NCBI GenBank assembly: GCA_031289615.1
Contig: JAITPD010000033.1
Span: forward strand, 12,123 to 76,122
DNA from: Lactobacillaceae bacterium
GTDB taxonomy: Bacteria; Bacillota; Bacilli; Lactobacillales; Lactobacillaceae
Direction: 5' to 3'
DNA length: 64,000 nt
Below the pieces are notes generated by a model. The model did not search any database. It saw nothing but the letters and a program-made list of their open reading frames with translations, and was not told the origin of the DNA. Shown here in pieces: positions 9,507 to 19,467 of the stretch. Both the position numbers and the translations under genes were made by a program. Each line of letters starts with the position of its first letter. Position 1 is the stretch's first letter.

Positions 9507-9713
9507 ATGGAAAAGATTAGTGGGACAGTTAAAAATTGGAATTCAGAAAATGGTTATGGCTACATCGAAGTGCCTGGTGAAGAAGATGTCTTTGTTCATT
9601 TTTCAGGAATTGAAGGCAGTGTCCGTGATTTGACACCCGGAGAAGCTGTGAAGTTGGTTGTAATTCAAGGAGTTCGCGGACCACAGGCTGCTTTGGTTGA
9701 AGTGGAGGAATAG
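9507..9713 (+). CDS. Cold-shock domain protein (CspA family)
   Basis: 68 aa. GTVKNWNSENGYGYI (RNP1-like) and VFVHFSGI (RNP2-like) motifs. Confidence 0.85.
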   Translation: MEKISGTVKNWNSENGYGYIEVPGEEDVFVHFSGIEGSVRDLTPGEAVKLVVIQGVRGPQAALVEVEE

Positions 9714-9715
9714 CC

Positions 9716-10288
9716 ATGTTCGAAAATGACGAGGCACGTTTTGCCGAACAAATCATTGCTGAAGAAACAGTTTATGACGGACATATTATTCGGGTCGTTG
9801 ATGAAACGGTTCTCTTGCCAAATGGCCGGCAAAGTCACCGCGATATTGTGCATCATGCTGGAGCAGTTGCTATGCTTGTTTTGAATGACCAAGATGAAAT
9901 GCTATTAGAGCAACAATGGCGGGCACCCGTTCGTAAAGTGACCTTAGAAATTCCTGCTGGTAAGATTGATGAGCGGGACACAAATCCACTTGATACAGTT
10001 AAACGCGAATTAAACGAAGAAACGCGATTGAATGCGAAAAAGATTGAAAAAATTACTGGATTTTATTCTTCGATTGGATTTGCAGATGAATTTATGCATT
10101 TGTATTTGGCGACGGAATTGACTCCGGTTAATACTGAGCTACCTCAAGACGATGATGAAAATATCTCGATGTATTGGATTGATTTTGCTGAGGCAACCCG
10201 TTTGTTTGAAGCAGGCAAAATTGATGACAGTAAAACAGTAATGGCGTATTTGTATTGGAAAACATTGCGCTTACAAACAGGAAAATAA
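9716..10288 (+). CDS. NUDIX hydrolase, ADP-ribose pyrophosphatase type
   Basis: Nudix box region GKIDERDTNPLDTVKRELNEETRL. Size and N-terminal beta domain resemble NudF/YqkG. Confidence 0.75.
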   Translation: MFENDEARFAEQIIAEETVYDGHIIRVVDETVLLPNGRQSHRDIVHHAGAVAMLVLNDQDEMLLEQQWRAPVRKVTLEIPAGKIDERDTNPLDTVKRELNEETRLNAKKIEKITGFYSSIGFADEFMHLYLATELTPVNTELPQDDDENISMYWIDFAEATRLFEAGKIDDSKTVMAYLYWKTLRLQTGK

Positions 10289-10291
10289 AAG

Positions 10292-10621
10292 ATGTTAAAA
10301 AAAATAAAAGGAATGTTTGGGCCAGAAGACAACACGGCTGAAGAACTTGAAAAAGAATTAGCAGAACCTGCAAAGCCAACTCCGGCCCCTGTTGAGACCA
10401 CCTTCGAACAATTAAAACGTGGAGCTGGCGGTGATGCTAACCGACCTTTGACACGGGAAGAAAATCGATTGACCCGCAAAGGCAAGTACGAGCTGGATCA
10501 AGAGACACGTAAACTAACTCCACAAGGAAAGACTGCACGGTTAAAATATCGTCTGAACTGGGTAATGGTTTGGTTAGTAATTGGGATTGTGCTAACTTGG
10601 TTGATATTAATTTTTGCATAA
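10292..10621 (+). CDS. Hypothetical tail-anchored membrane protein
   Basis: 109 aa: a charged, low-complexity N-terminal region and a single C-terminal TM helix (WVMVWLVIGIVLTWLILIFA). Confidence 0.35.
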   Translation: MLKKIKGMFGPEDNTAEELEKELAEPAKPTPAPVETTFEQLKRGAGGDANRPLTREENRLTRKGKYELDQETRKLTPQGKTARLKYRLNWVMVWLVIGIVLTWLILIFA

Positions 10622-10647
10622 ACAGAAAACGGAATTGAGGAAATAAG

Positions 10648-11334
10648 ATGCGCTACGGAATTATTAATGCAGAGCAAACGGAAATGAACGCTCTGATTGC
10701 AGCGATGGAAAACGAAAAAGTATCAAAGATTGCAGGTAAGGTGTTTCATCATGGATTGATTGGCAAGATGGATGTTGTAGTTGTTAATGGTGGAATTGGG
10801 AAAGTTGCGGCGGCCTTGACGACCACATTGTTGGCGACTAATTTTGCAATTGACCGCATTATTAATTCTGGCTCAGCTGGAGCACTCTCGGATGATTTAC
10901 AAGTTGGCGACGTCGTAATTGCAACTGAACTAGCTTACTCAGATGTGGATGCGCAAGTATTTGGCTATGCTTATGGACAAGTGCCACAACAGCCAGCAAC
11001 CTTCCCAACTGATGCTGAATTATCTACTGGATTGGCTGAGACTTATCAAGCTGGTTCAGCTAAGGTGGTCCGGGGATTAATCGTTTCTGGAGATACATTT
11101 ATTGACTCGGACGATAAAAAAGCAGCAATTAAAGCGCATTTCCCGGCAGTTCAATCCGGTGAAATGGAAGGAGCAGCTGTTGCTCAAATCGCTCATCATT
11201 TTGATATTCCATTTACGGTAGTTCGAGCAATTTCGGATTCTGCGAATGGGGATGCTGGAATGTCGTATGATGAATTTGTGATTCAAGCTGGAAAGCAATC
11301 TGCACAAGTTTTGATTGATTTTTTCAAGAGTTAA
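10648..11334 (+). CDS. mtnN: 5'-methylthioadenosine/S-adenosylhomocysteine nucleosidase
   Basis: 228 aa. GIINAEQTEM.., GGIGKVAAA, SGEMEGAAVAQ and VVRAISD segments are typical of Pfs/MtnN. Confidence 0.85.
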   Translation: MRYGIINAEQTEMNALIAAMENEKVSKIAGKVFHHGLIGKMDVVVVNGGIGKVAAALTTTLLATNFAIDRIINSGSAGALSDDLQVGDVVIATELAYSDVDAQVFGYAYGQVPQQPATFPTDAELSTGLAETYQAGSAKVVRGLIVSGDTFIDSDDKKAAIKAHFPAVQSGEMEGAAVAQIAHHFDIPFTVVRAISDSANGDAGMSYDEFVIQAGKQSAQVLIDFFKS

Positions 11335-11356
11335 ACATAAATAAAATGTGATGTTT

Positions 11357-11390
11357 AAGGGATTTCAAGAGATTGGAGTTCCCTTTTTCT
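11357..11390 (+). terminator. Probable terminator after mtnN
   Basis: AAGGGA/TCCCTT stem (11357-11362/11380-11385) followed by a T-run. Confidence 0.45.
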
Positions 11391-11460
11391 TTCTAATTCT
11401 GCTTCAGCGGTGTTAGATTAATTACAAGATAATTAATTAACTACTGAGGAGATTCCAATT

Positions 11461-12444
11461 ATGGCACACGAAGTTAGAGGAATGCACCATTTAACAACAA
11501 TTACTTCTGATTCACCAAAAACTTTTGAATTTATGTCTGGCGTTTTAGGATTGCACTTGTCAAAGAAGACTGTTAACCAAGACGATGTTCGGACTTACCA
11601 CTTATATTTTACTGATGACATGGGGAATGCCGGAACTGATATTACTTTCTTTGATTTTCCAGGAATTCAAAAAGCCGTTCATGGAACTGATGAGATTACG
11701 CGCACAACATTTCGAATTCCAAGTGATGTATCATTTGAGTATTGGGTCGATCGTTTTGATGAATTTAAGATTCGCCACGATGAAAAAATTCATGAAGAGT
11801 TTGGCGTAAAGTATCTCAATTTCCTAGATTTTGACGACCAACAATATGCCTTGATGTCTGATGAAAAAAATCATGGTAAATTTGCCAAAGGGACTCCATG
11901 GCGCTACTCAACAGTTGCTGAAGCGCACGCGATTGTTGGCCTTGGCCCTGAACTTTTGACCATTGATAACGAAAATGCAATGCACTTAATCTTGACGAAT
12001 GTTTTGGGAGCCAAGGAAGTTGCTCGCGAAGGTGACAACACTTTGTACGAATTTGATAACGGCGGATTTGGTTCGCAAGTGCAAACTAAATTAGTGCGTC
12101 TGCAAAATCGTGGAATTCAAGGTTTTGGAGCTGCTCATCATTTGGCTTTCTCAGTCGATAACGAAGAAGAGCTCAACTGGTGGATTAATCGTCTCAATCA
12201 ACTTGGTTTCCCTAATTCAGGGTTCGTTGATCGTTTCTATTTCCGTTCAGAATATTTCCGGCCAACTCCTGGAATTTTGTTTGAGCTTGCAACCCTCGGC
12301 CCTGGTTTCTTCCAAGATGAAACGTATGCAGAAGCTGGGCATCATTTGGAGTTGCCACCATTTTTGGAAGATCAACGTGCGTCAATCGAAGCTAATTTGG
12401 TCGCATTTAATTCTGGAACTGACGATGGCGCTAATGAATTTTAA
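11461..12444 (+). CDS. Ring-cleaving dioxygenase of the glyoxalase/VOC superfamily (MhqO/MhqE-like)
   Basis: 327 aa with two VOC-type modules (MHHLTTITSD.., GAAHHLAFSV). It is paired with a downstream carboxylesterase, as in Bacillus mhq loci. Confidence 0.65.
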   Translation: MAHEVRGMHHLTTITSDSPKTFEFMSGVLGLHLSKKTVNQDDVRTYHLYFTDDMGNAGTDITFFDFPGIQKAVHGTDEITRTTFRIPSDVSFEYWVDRFDEFKIRHDEKIHEEFGVKYLNFLDFDDQQYALMSDEKNHGKFAKGTPWRYSTVAEAHAIVGLGPELLTIDNENAMHLILTNVLGAKEVAREGDNTLYEFDNGGFGSQVQTKLVRLQNRGIQGFGAAHHLAFSVDNEEELNWWINRLNQLGFPNSGFVDRFYFRSEYFRPTPGILFELATLGPGFFQDETYAEAGHHLELPPFLEDQRASIEANLVAFNSGTDDGANEF

Positions 12445-12504
12445 TCAACAAATTAAAGCTGGAGAGATTTCTTCGGCCTTTTTGTGTCAAAAGGGGGTAT
12501 CAAA

Positions 12505-13149
12505 ATGGATATGAATAAGATCAATCAAATTCGACACGCTTACGTTTCTGGGCGGAGTGATCTGGCACCGATATTGCTCTTGCACGGGACTGGCGGGGAC
12601 GAGATGGCGATGCTAGAAGTTGGCGCGTACCTTGGTGCGGATAATCCGAAGTTGTCAATTCGTGGGCGCGTGTTAGAGGGTCGAGCTCCACGGTATTTCA
12701 AACGCGATGAAGATTGGAATTTTGATTTGGATTCGTTACGTGATGAAACGACTTGGCTGTTAGATTCAATTAAAACTTTGGCCAAATTTTATCAACTTGA
12801 TTTAGAAAATATGATCGTTGTTGGCTTTTCAAATGGAGCCAATATCGCAGCGCACGCAATGTTGACTCGAGAAGACGCACCGTTTAAGACGGGGGTATTC
12901 TTTCACGCAATGGAGCTTGAAAAAATTGACCAGCCTAAAATTACTGCGGATACGCACGCTATGCTGACTTTTGGAGCAAATGATCCGATTGTGAGTGAAG
13001 AAAGTTTTACAAGTTTGGCTGACAGTTTGCGGCTTGGTGGTGTTAAGATTTCTGTCTTTGAAACGGCGAGCGGTCATGCGTTGGATAACACTGAAATTCA
13101 GGCGGCTAAGCTTTGGTTAGAGGGCAATGATTTACTTGATGTTGATTAA
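12505..13149 (+). CDS. Alpha/beta hydrolase, phospholipase/carboxylesterase family (MhqD-like)
   Basis: ATG 12505 behind AAGGGGG. LLLHGTGGDE and the nucleophile-elbow-like GFSNGA motif. Confidence 0.65.
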   Translation: MDMNKINQIRHAYVSGRSDLAPILLLHGTGGDEMAMLEVGAYLGADNPKLSIRGRVLEGRAPRYFKRDEDWNFDLDSLRDETTWLLDSIKTLAKFYQLDLENMIVVGFSNGANIAAHAMLTREDAPFKTGVFFHAMELEKIDQPKITADTHAMLTFGANDPIVSEESFTSLADSLRLGGVKISVFETASGHALDNTEIQAAKLWLEGNDLLDVD

Positions 13150-13223
13150 TTTTAGCCTATTTTTCACACAAAATGTGCTATGATAATACGAGATAAAGTG
13201 AAGATGTGCGAGGGATTTCGATT

Positions 13224-14099
13224 ATGAGCAAAATTGCAATTTTAGTAGATAGTTCAAATAATTTGACGCCAGCTGAGTTGACAGAATTAAGTGTTTTCTC
13301 AGTTAATGCACCGATTTTAGCAGGAGAGCATGTCTACCACGAAAATATTGATTGGCCTACTCAAGAAGCGTTTTTTGATTTTCAACGCTCGTCAGAAGAT
13401 GTTTTAACAACTTCACAAGTTGAGCCGGGAGTCTGGTTGACGAAGTTTGATGAGATTGCCGAACAAGGATATACCGATGTCATTGTTGTTTCGCTTTCAA
13501 GTGCTATTTCAGGAACGTTTTCAACTCTAGAAGGACTAGCTGAAACTGTGACAAATATCAATGTGCATCCATGGGACTCGTTGATAGCTGCGGCTGGGGC
13601 TGGGAATCAAGCTCGTTTGGCTGCAACAATGGCTAATGCTGGCCACTCGCTGGATAAAATTTTTGCACAGCTAACGATTTTACGCGAAAGCACCAAAGTC
13701 TTGTTCGTAGTTGATGATGTGCGCCACCTGCAACGGACAGGTCGTATTTCAAACGGTGCGGCCTTTCTAGGGTCATTGTTAAATATCAAACCGATGCTCA
13801 CATTTGATGCGGAGGGTAAAATTGTTGCGATTGGCAAAGAACGGCAGATGAAGCGGGCGTGGGCTAGTATCCAACGTTCGTTCGCAACGGTGATGGAAAC
13901 AAATCAGACACCGATTCGGATTTCACTGATTGATTCTAATAATCCTAAATTAGCTGATCAGTGGGCTGCAGAAATCACGGCGCAATATCAAGATCAGGTT
14001 ATCGTTGAGCGCGGTCCTATTGGCCAGTTTATCAGTGTGCATACTGGTGAAAAAGCGTTGGGATTCATTTGGGCGATTGATTGGAAAACTTTGATTTAA
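13224..14099 (+). CDS. DegV-family fatty-acid-binding protein
   Basis: ATG 13224 behind GAGGGA. KIAILVDSS start, TSQ(V)..., and the RISNGAAFLGSLLNIKP signature typical of DegV. Confidence 0.85.
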   Translation: MSKIAILVDSSNNLTPAELTELSVFSVNAPILAGEHVYHENIDWPTQEAFFDFQRSSEDVLTTSQVEPGVWLTKFDEIAEQGYTDVIVVSLSSAISGTFSTLEGLAETVTNINVHPWDSLIAAAGAGNQARLAATMANAGHSLDKIFAQLTILRESTKVLFVVDDVRHLQRTGRISNGAAFLGSLLNIKPMLTFDAEGKIVAIGKERQMKRAWASIQRSFATVMETNQTPIRISLIDSNNPKLADQWAAEITAQYQDQVIVERGPIGQFISVHTGEKALGFIWAIDWKTLI

Positions 14100-14106
14100 A
14101 AATATG

Positions 14107-14137
14107 AGCGAAGTGTCTTGTTGCATTTCGCTTTTTA
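14107..14137 (+). terminator. Rho-independent terminator after the DegV gene
   Basis: AGCGAAGTG/CATTTCGCT stem (one G-U pair) followed by T5. Confidence 0.65.
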
Positions 14138-14179
14138 TCTGGTCCTTTTTAAGTGAGAAACTAAAGGGGGGCTGAAAAT

Positions 14180-14593
14180 ATGAATCAACAACTTGAACAA
14201 CTGAGATTACAATTGATAAACCGACCACAAGAAGAATGCTGGGCCCTTTATTTAAATTCGCAAATGGAAGCAGTTGGAGAAGCGTGTATTGCGAAAGGTA
14301 GTTTGGTGAGTGTGGTCATTCATCCGCGCGACGTTTTTCGCAATGCGGTGGCGTTAAATGCGTATTCTGTCTTGCTGTTGCATAACCATCCAAGTGGCAA
14401 TATTTTGCCTTCGCAAGCAGACATGCAAGTGGCTCGACAGCTGGTAGTTTGCGGGCAATTTATGCAAATTCATCTGCAAGATTTTATGATTGTGACGCGC
14501 AAAGGATACTATAGTTTTGTCGAACAAGATAAATTACCAAGGTGCGACTTAAAAACAATCTCGGAAATATGGACGTTTGAGGCAAATTTGTGA
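14180..14593 (+). CDS. radC: RadC-like JAB/MPN domain protein (short form)
   Basis: JAMM-like motif LLHNHPSGNILPSQAD. Canonical position directly upstream of mreB. At 137 aa it has only the C-terminal JAB domain. Confidence 0.7.
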   Translation: MNQQLEQLRLQLINRPQEECWALYLNSQMEAVGEACIAKGSLVSVVIHPRDVFRNAVALNAYSVLLLHNHPSGNILPSQADMQVARQLVVCGQFMQIHLQDFMIVTRKGYYSFVEQDKLPRCDLKTISEIWTFEANL

Positions 14594-14662
14594 TAAAATT
14601 TAACTTATTGTTGATTACAAATTAATAAGAAAAACAAACTAATAAAAATATACGAAAAGTGG

Positions 14663-15676
14663 GTGAAAGCTGTGTTTTCATTTGGAACGCGAAATGTCGG
14701 AATTGATTTAGGAACAGCCAATACACTCGTCTACATCGAAGGTAAGGGAATCGTTTTACGTGAGCCCACAGTTGTAGCACGAAATACAAAGACAAATGAG
14801 GTTGTTGCAGTTGGTGCAGCTGCCAAGGATATGTTAGGACGGACGCCAGGATCAATTAAGGCCATTCGCCCAATGCGTGATGGTGTCATTGCTGATTATG
14901 ACACTACTGTTGAAATGTTAAAGCATTATCTCGGAACGGCCTTAGCTGGTCGTGGTTCAAAGCCATACGTTACAATTGGGGTTCCTTCTGGAGTCACTGC
15001 TGTTGAAAAGCGTGCAGTGATTGATGCTGCTCGCGTGGCAGGTGCGCGTGATGCATACGTCATCGAAGAACCATTTGCAGCCGCAGTTGGAGCTGGATTG
15101 CCAGTTATGGAACCAATGGGCTCAATGGTAGTTGACATGGGTGGTGGAACGACTGACGTGGCCACGATTTCATTAGGTGGAATCGTGTCTTCACGTTCAA
15201 TTCGGATGGCTGGAGATAAGCTTGATGAAGCAATCGCATCGTATATTCGCCAAAAGTATTCTGTTTTGATTGGTGAGCAAACAGCTGAACGGTTAAAGAT
15301 CGAAATCGGTTCTGCTGATATTGAAGCAGCCAAAGACATGCCATCTTCAAATGCACGTGGTCGTGACTTGGTGACTGGATTACCAAAGACGATTGAAATC
15401 ACAGCAGTTGATGTCGCAACAGCAATTAAGGATGTCATTGCAGAAATTATCTTAGCAATCAAGGAAACATTAGAAGAGACATCACCTGAAATTGCGGCTG
15501 ATGTTATTGACCACGGAATCGTTTTGACAGGTGGCGGAGCGTTGTTACAACATATTGATGAAACGATTGCAGAAGCGACCAAAGTACCAGTTTTCATTGC
15601 TCCAGAACCACTTGAAGCAGTTGCTATTGGAACGGGTGAAGCTTTGAAGTCAATTGATGTGCTCAAGAATAATTAA
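14663..15676 (+). CDS. mreB: Rod-shape-determining actin homologue MreB
   Basis: [22 protein letters not shown] and LTGGGALL actin-fold motifs. The start is non-ATG (GTG 14663 or GTG 14672). Confidence 0.9.
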   Translation: MKAVFSFGTRNVGIDLGTANTLVYIEGKGIVLREPTVVARNTKTNEVVAVGAAAKDMLGRTPGSIKAIRPMRDGVIADYDTTVEMLKHYLGTALAGRGSKPYVTIGVPSGVTAVEKRAVIDAARVAGARDAYVIEEPFAAAVGAGLPVMEPMGSMVVDMGGGTTDVATISLGGIVSSRSIRMAGDKLDEAIASYIRQKYSVLIGEQTAERLKIEIGSADIEAAKDMPSSNARGRDLVTGLPKTIEITAVDVATAIKDVIAEIILAIKETLEETSPEIAADVIDHGIVLTGGGALLQHIDETIAEATKVPVFIAPEPLEAVAIGTGEALKSIDVLKNN

Positions 15677-15805
15677 AAGTGGCTGGGCTAAAATTAGCTA
15701 ATTCAGTTTTGCCGAGCCTTGATGACAAGGTAATAACGACAATCAAAGGTTCTTTTGAGACATTTATTTAATTCCAGTTCACATAGACCAAAGGATTTTC
15801 AAATC

Positions 15806-16654
15806 ATGAAAAAAATATTTTCATCACGTCGCCTGGTGGTCGCAGTGATTATTGCTATCATCACCATTGGAGTGATTACAATCAGTTCACAATCAAATCA
15901 ATCACAAAAAGAACCGTCAATTCCAAGTCGGATTATTAGTGATATCACAGGTTGGATGTCTGACGTTGTGGCAATCCCTATTGGTGGTGTCCATAATGGT
16001 TTTAATAGTCTTGAAAACTTGATGAGTACGTACACTGAAAATCAAAAGATGAATTCACAAGTGGATGAATTAGCTCAGGCCAAGGTGCAGTTGCAAGTCT
16101 TGCGTTCAGAAAATAAGGCGCTTAAGGAGCAACTTAACATTGATAACACTTTGACTGATTACACAGTTGTGAGTGCTTCCGTGATTTCGCGTTCGCCGGT
16201 TAATTGGCAGTCACAGTTGATTATTAATCGTGGGACTAACGCCGGAATTCGCAAAAATATGCCCGTGATGGGATCTGGCGGTCTGGTCGGGCGGATTTCG
16301 CAAGTTGATACAACTAGTTCAAAGGTTGAGCTGTTGTCTGATAATAGCCAATTGAGTGACCGTTTTGCAATTCGAATCGCGACCAGTAATAACCAAGTTG
16401 TTGATGGTATTATCACGGGATTTGATCAATCAAAAAACAGAATTGTGATGGAAGATATTACTTCTGATGTTGAGATTAAAAAAGGCGATCTAGTTACTAC
16501 ATCTGGTCTTGGTGGAGTGACTCCTGCTGGATTGTTTGTTGGAAAAGTTGGTTCTGTTAAGACAGATGATTATGGCTTGTCAAAGAAAGTTTACATCAAA
16601 CCATCAACAGACTTTAATAATATTCCAGTTGTGTCGATTGCAATGCCAAAGTAA
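15806..16654 (+). CDS. mreC: Rod-shape-determining protein MreC
   Basis: ATG 15806. N-terminal TM helix, coiled-coil (LAQAKVQLQVLRSENKALKEQL) and C-terminal beta domains (GLVGRISQV.., TSGLGG..P.GL.VG). It follows mreB. Confidence 0.85.
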   Translation: MKKIFSSRRLVVAVIIAIITIGVITISSQSNQSQKEPSIPSRIISDITGWMSDVVAIPIGGVHNGFNSLENLMSTYTENQKMNSQVDELAQAKVQLQVLRSENKALKEQLNIDNTLTDYTVVSASVISRSPVNWQSQLIINRGTNAGIRKNMPVMGSGGLVGRISQVDTTSSKVELLSDNSQLSDRFAIRIATSNNQVVDGIITGFDQSKNRIVMEDITSDVEIKKGDLVTTSGLGGVTPAGLFVGKVGSVKTDDYGLSKKVYIKPSTDFNNIPVVSIAMPK

Positions 16655-16979
16655 TGTGCTAGTTGTGAAACATCTTCGTCATTTTTCACTGTCGTGGTAG
16701 CTTTTCAATAATGATAGTAGGTGGCGACACGGCCCCATTCGAATACCAAGAGGTTTCATTAAAGATATTGTCCTTTGCTTGAGCAGCGCAGCGATTCTGT
16801 CGTCGGATGTAATTTTCTGCCGAATCGGGGGTATACCATTTCACTAACACCAGGAGCCAACGGTTAGTGAAATTGGCGAATTATTTCGCCTTGCACCTCG
16901 ATTCGTGTAGGGAAATCCGAGCGTAAAGAATCTTTAGCGAAGCTGGTCAAGCAAAGGACAATATTACACAACTAGCACA
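16655..16979. repeat. MITE-like nested-palindrome element, copy 1 (outer arms, left half of module H1, complete module H2)
   Basis: Outer inverted arms TGTGCTAGTTGTG (16655-) and CACAACTAGCACA (-16979). H2 hairpin 16765-16965 has a 23-bp terminal stem with one mismatch. Homologous to 21239-21658 and 52942-53357. It starts 1 nt after the mreC stop. Confidence 0.85.
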
Positions 16980-17026
16980 ACGTTAATTGAAATTGATTGG
17001 TCACGCAAAACAAAATGTAATTTAAA

Positions 17027-17076
17027 GCTGTGACGATTTGCTCGATTTTAGCGAATAACGTCGCAGTTTTTATTTT
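17027..17076 (+). terminator. Probable terminator downstream of mreC and the repeat
   Basis: GCTGTGACG/CGTCGCAG(T) stem with a G-U pair (17027-17035/17059-17067) and a 23-nt loop, then TTTTTATTTT. Confidence 0.4.
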
Positions 17077-17119
17077 AACAAGCCGTCGTATTCTTGAGAT
17101 GGATAGAAAGGTTCAAAAA

Positions 17120-17959
17120 ATGGTCACACAAGCGTTGATTATGTTGATAGTTGGTGTGTTAGCCGGAGTGATGGGGTCGATTCTGGGCCTTGGCGGTGGA
17201 ATTATCGTGACGCCAGTTTTAACTTTGATGGGCGTTGATATTAAATATGCAATCGCTGCTTCTATTATTGCCGTGATTGCGACCTCATCTGGTTCAGCAA
17301 TTGCGTTTTTAAAGGACGATGTTTTAAATCTGCGGGTGGCAATGTTCTTGGAAATCTTTACGACGATTGGTGCGCTAATTGGTGCGCTGTTGACGGGCCT
17401 ATTTAACGGGACGGTACTGTACTTTTTGTTTGGTTCATTATTAGTCTTTCAAGCTTGGAATATGTGGAAGAAAATTAAGGCTAAAAAAGATGATCAAGTG
17501 TTGCAAGAAAACGATCGGTTAGCGACCAAATTGCAATTAAACGGAACTTACTTTGATAAAAACACTAGCCAGCAGATAGATTACTCGTTGACAAATGTAC
17601 CTGGTGGGGCCGTGGTGATGTTTGGTGCTGGGATTGCATCGGGACTCCTTGGAATCGGTTCAGGAGCCTTTAAGGTTATGGCGATGGATGGTGTGATGAA
17701 AATGCCACTCAAGCCTTCCACTTCGACTTCCAATTTGATGATGGGAGTTACCGCAGCAGCTTCGGCAGTGATTTATTTCTTTAGCGGAATGATTCAACCA
17801 GTCATTGCTGTGCCGATTGCGTTGGGAATTTTAGTTGGCTCTTCATTTGGTGCCCGCATCATGCAATTCTTGCCGGCCAAAACATTGCGCAAAATTTTTA
17901 TTCCAGTTGTGTTAATCATGGCAATCCAATTAATTCTGAAAGGCTTGGGCATTGACTAA
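17120..17959 (+). CDS. TauE/SafE-family anion (sulfite-type) exporter membrane protein
   Basis: ATG 17120 behind GAAAGG. Polytopic and Gly-rich (GLGGGIIVTPVL.., GIGSGAFKV), typical of DUF81/TauE. It is paired with a DUF1634-like gene. Confidence 0.7.
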   Translation: MVTQALIMLIVGVLAGVMGSILGLGGGIIVTPVLTLMGVDIKYAIAASIIAVIATSSGSAIAFLKDDVLNLRVAMFLEIFTTIGALIGALLTGLFNGTVLYFLFGSLLVFQAWNMWKKIKAKKDDQVLQENDRLATKLQLNGTYFDKNTSQQIDYSLTNVPGGAVVMFGAGIASGLLGIGSGAFKVMAMDGVMKMPLKPSTSTSNLMMGVTAAASAVIYFFSGMIQPVIAVPIALGILVGSSFGARIMQFLPAKTLRKIFIPVVLIMAIQLILKGLGID

Positions 17960-18318
17960 TGAAGAATGAAATTAATCGTTTAGAAATGATGATCGGTAAA
18001 ATTATGCGGGTTGGAGTGTCGATTGCCATTGTATTGATGGTGATTGGGATGGGACTGACTTTGCTAAAGACAAATGGCAACCTCGCTCAATATCGTGAAT
18101 TCACTCATTTGCCAGCGATTTGGCAAGGAATGCTGGCTTTGCAACCGGCGGCATGGCTTATGGCTGGATTGTTAGTGTTGATATTCACACCGGTTTTGCG
18201 AGTTGTTACGTCTATATTTGTTTTCGCTGGTGTTCGCGACTGGACTTATGTAATAATTACCTTATGTGTTTTATTGATTTTAATTATTGCAATTATTTTT
18301 GGTTTCATTAAGGGATGA
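17959..18318 (+). CDS. DUF1634-like small membrane protein (usual partner of TauE/SafE)
   Basis: TAATG overlap with the upstream gene. 119 aa with 3-4 TM helices. Confidence 0.55.
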   Translation: MKNEINRLEMMIGKIMRVGVSIAIVLMVIGMGLTLLKTNGNLAQYREFTHLPAIWQGMLALQPAAWLMAGLLVLIFTPVLRVVTSIFVFAGVRDWTYVIITLCVLLILIIAIIFGFIKG

Positions 18319-18321
18319 ACT

Positions 18322-19146
18322 ATGAAAAAAAACATGACGTTGATAACAAAAAATGGGTTGCTCATTGTCTTGGTGAGTTTGGTGGCACTGATTCCCATTT
18401 ACGTGCAAGTTTTCCGGGATTTCCAGGTTCGAACTGGGATTGTACATAATTCCGAATTGGTTCCAACAATTCTAGTTCCCGGATCTTCAGCTTCACAAAA
18501 TCGGTTTAATGACTTTGTGCGGGAGTTAGATCAAAAACAGCAAAAGCATAGTCTAGTTAAAGTAATTGTCGATACAAATGATAACCTTAACATTACTGGA
18601 AAAATTAAAACTGGTGACCACCATCCGTATATTGTGATTGCCTTCCAAAACAATAAAGATGGTTATTCAAATATCAAAAAGCAGTCTAAATATCTAGCAA
18701 TTGCCCTTGATAAACTTGAAAAGAAGTATAATTTTTCGTCGATCAATGCAATTGGGCATTCTAATGGTGGTCTGATTATTACTCGTTATCTTGAAGAATA
18801 TTATAATAAAAAGACTTTTGGAATCAATAAGCTGATGACAATTGGAACGCCGTATAATTTTGATGAAAAATATCTTAAGCCGCAAACTAAGATGTTAAAA
18901 GATATGACTAAAGCCGGAAAGAAATTACCATCTGGCCTGACCGTCTTTAGTGTTGGTGGTGCAAACGTCGATGGTAGTGATGGCATCGTGCCTTTTGCAA
19001 GTGTTGCTTCTGGTCGGGGAATTTATCAAGGAAATGTCGCCCATTATACGTTAATTATGGTGACTGGGGCTGATTCGGATCATTCAGCATTGCCAGAAAA
19101 TATGGAAATTATTGATATTATTAAGCAATTCATTCTAACTCGTTGA
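18322..19146 (+). CDS. Membrane-anchored alpha/beta hydrolase (DUF915 / cell-surface hydrolase type)
   Basis: N-terminal TM helix. PTILVPGSSAS and the nucleophile elbow GHSNGG. Confidence 0.6.
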   Translation: MKKNMTLITKNGLLIVLVSLVALIPIYVQVFRDFQVRTGIVHNSELVPTILVPGSSASQNRFNDFVRELDQKQQKHSLVKVIVDTNDNLNITGKIKTGDHHPYIVIAFQNNKDGYSNIKKQSKYLAIALDKLEKKYNFSSINAIGHSNGGLIITRYLEEYYNKKTFGINKLMTIGTPYNFDEKYLKPQTKMLKDMTKAGKKLPSGLTVFSVGGANVDGSDGIVPFASVASGRGIYQGNVAHYTLIMVTGADSDHSALPENMEIIDIIKQFILTR

Positions 19147-19189
19147 CGAGACTAAAAAAAGTCGGTATACTAACTACTTGTAATTGAAT

Positions 19190-19375
19190 AAAAGATTAGA
19201 GGTCGCAACTAACATCAGTAACTAATTGAGCCGGTGGGTCATGAGATTAGTGAAAGGGGCAGTTGCCGAAATGAAGAGCAGACATGTCTCTTTGTTGGTC
19301 TATACGTTAATAGCGTGTAGATTGTCGCGACTATTAATGTTGCGGAGCGCTATCGACAAATCCTATCGACTAATT
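19190..19375 (+). promoter_or_regulatory. Lysine riboswitch (L-box) aptamer
   Basis: Conserved L-box blocks appear in order: AGAGGTCGC, AGTAA, GAAAGGGGCAGTTGCCGAA, TTGTCGCGAC, GCGGAGCGCTATC. It lies upstream of a lysine-permease-type gene. Confidence 0.75.
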
Positions 19376-19380
19376 TATAG

Positions 19381-19419
19381 TCCGCGGTCTGTTTGATGGA
19401 GCAGATTGCGGATTTTTTT
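19381..19419 (+). terminator. Riboswitch expression-platform terminator
   Basis: TCCGCGGTCTG/CAGATTGCGGA stem (two G-U pairs) followed by T7, 48 nt before the lysP ATG. Confidence 0.75.
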
Positions 19420-19467
19420 ATTTTACAAAGCATAATATTTTATCAAAAAAGATGAAGGAGACTACGC

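Noticed and set aside
9130-9633. 167-aa + strand ORF
   Set aside because: It is an alternative frame overlapping both the 9110-9472 membrane protein and the cold-shock gene. It has no RBS and its composition is not protein-like.
12110-12514. 134-aa + strand ORF
   Set aside because: It is out of frame inside the dioxygenase gene 3' end and has no RBS.
14926-15666. 246-aa minus-strand ORF
   Set aside because: It is entirely antisense to the highly conserved mreB. The product is Ser/Ala/Ile/Pro low-complexity with no RBS, a typical shadow ORF.
17030-17119. Upstream extension of the TauE ORF (track start 17030)
   Set aside because: The extension runs through a terminator-like hairpin and has no RBS. 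The ATG at 17120 has a GAAAGG SD at proper spacing.
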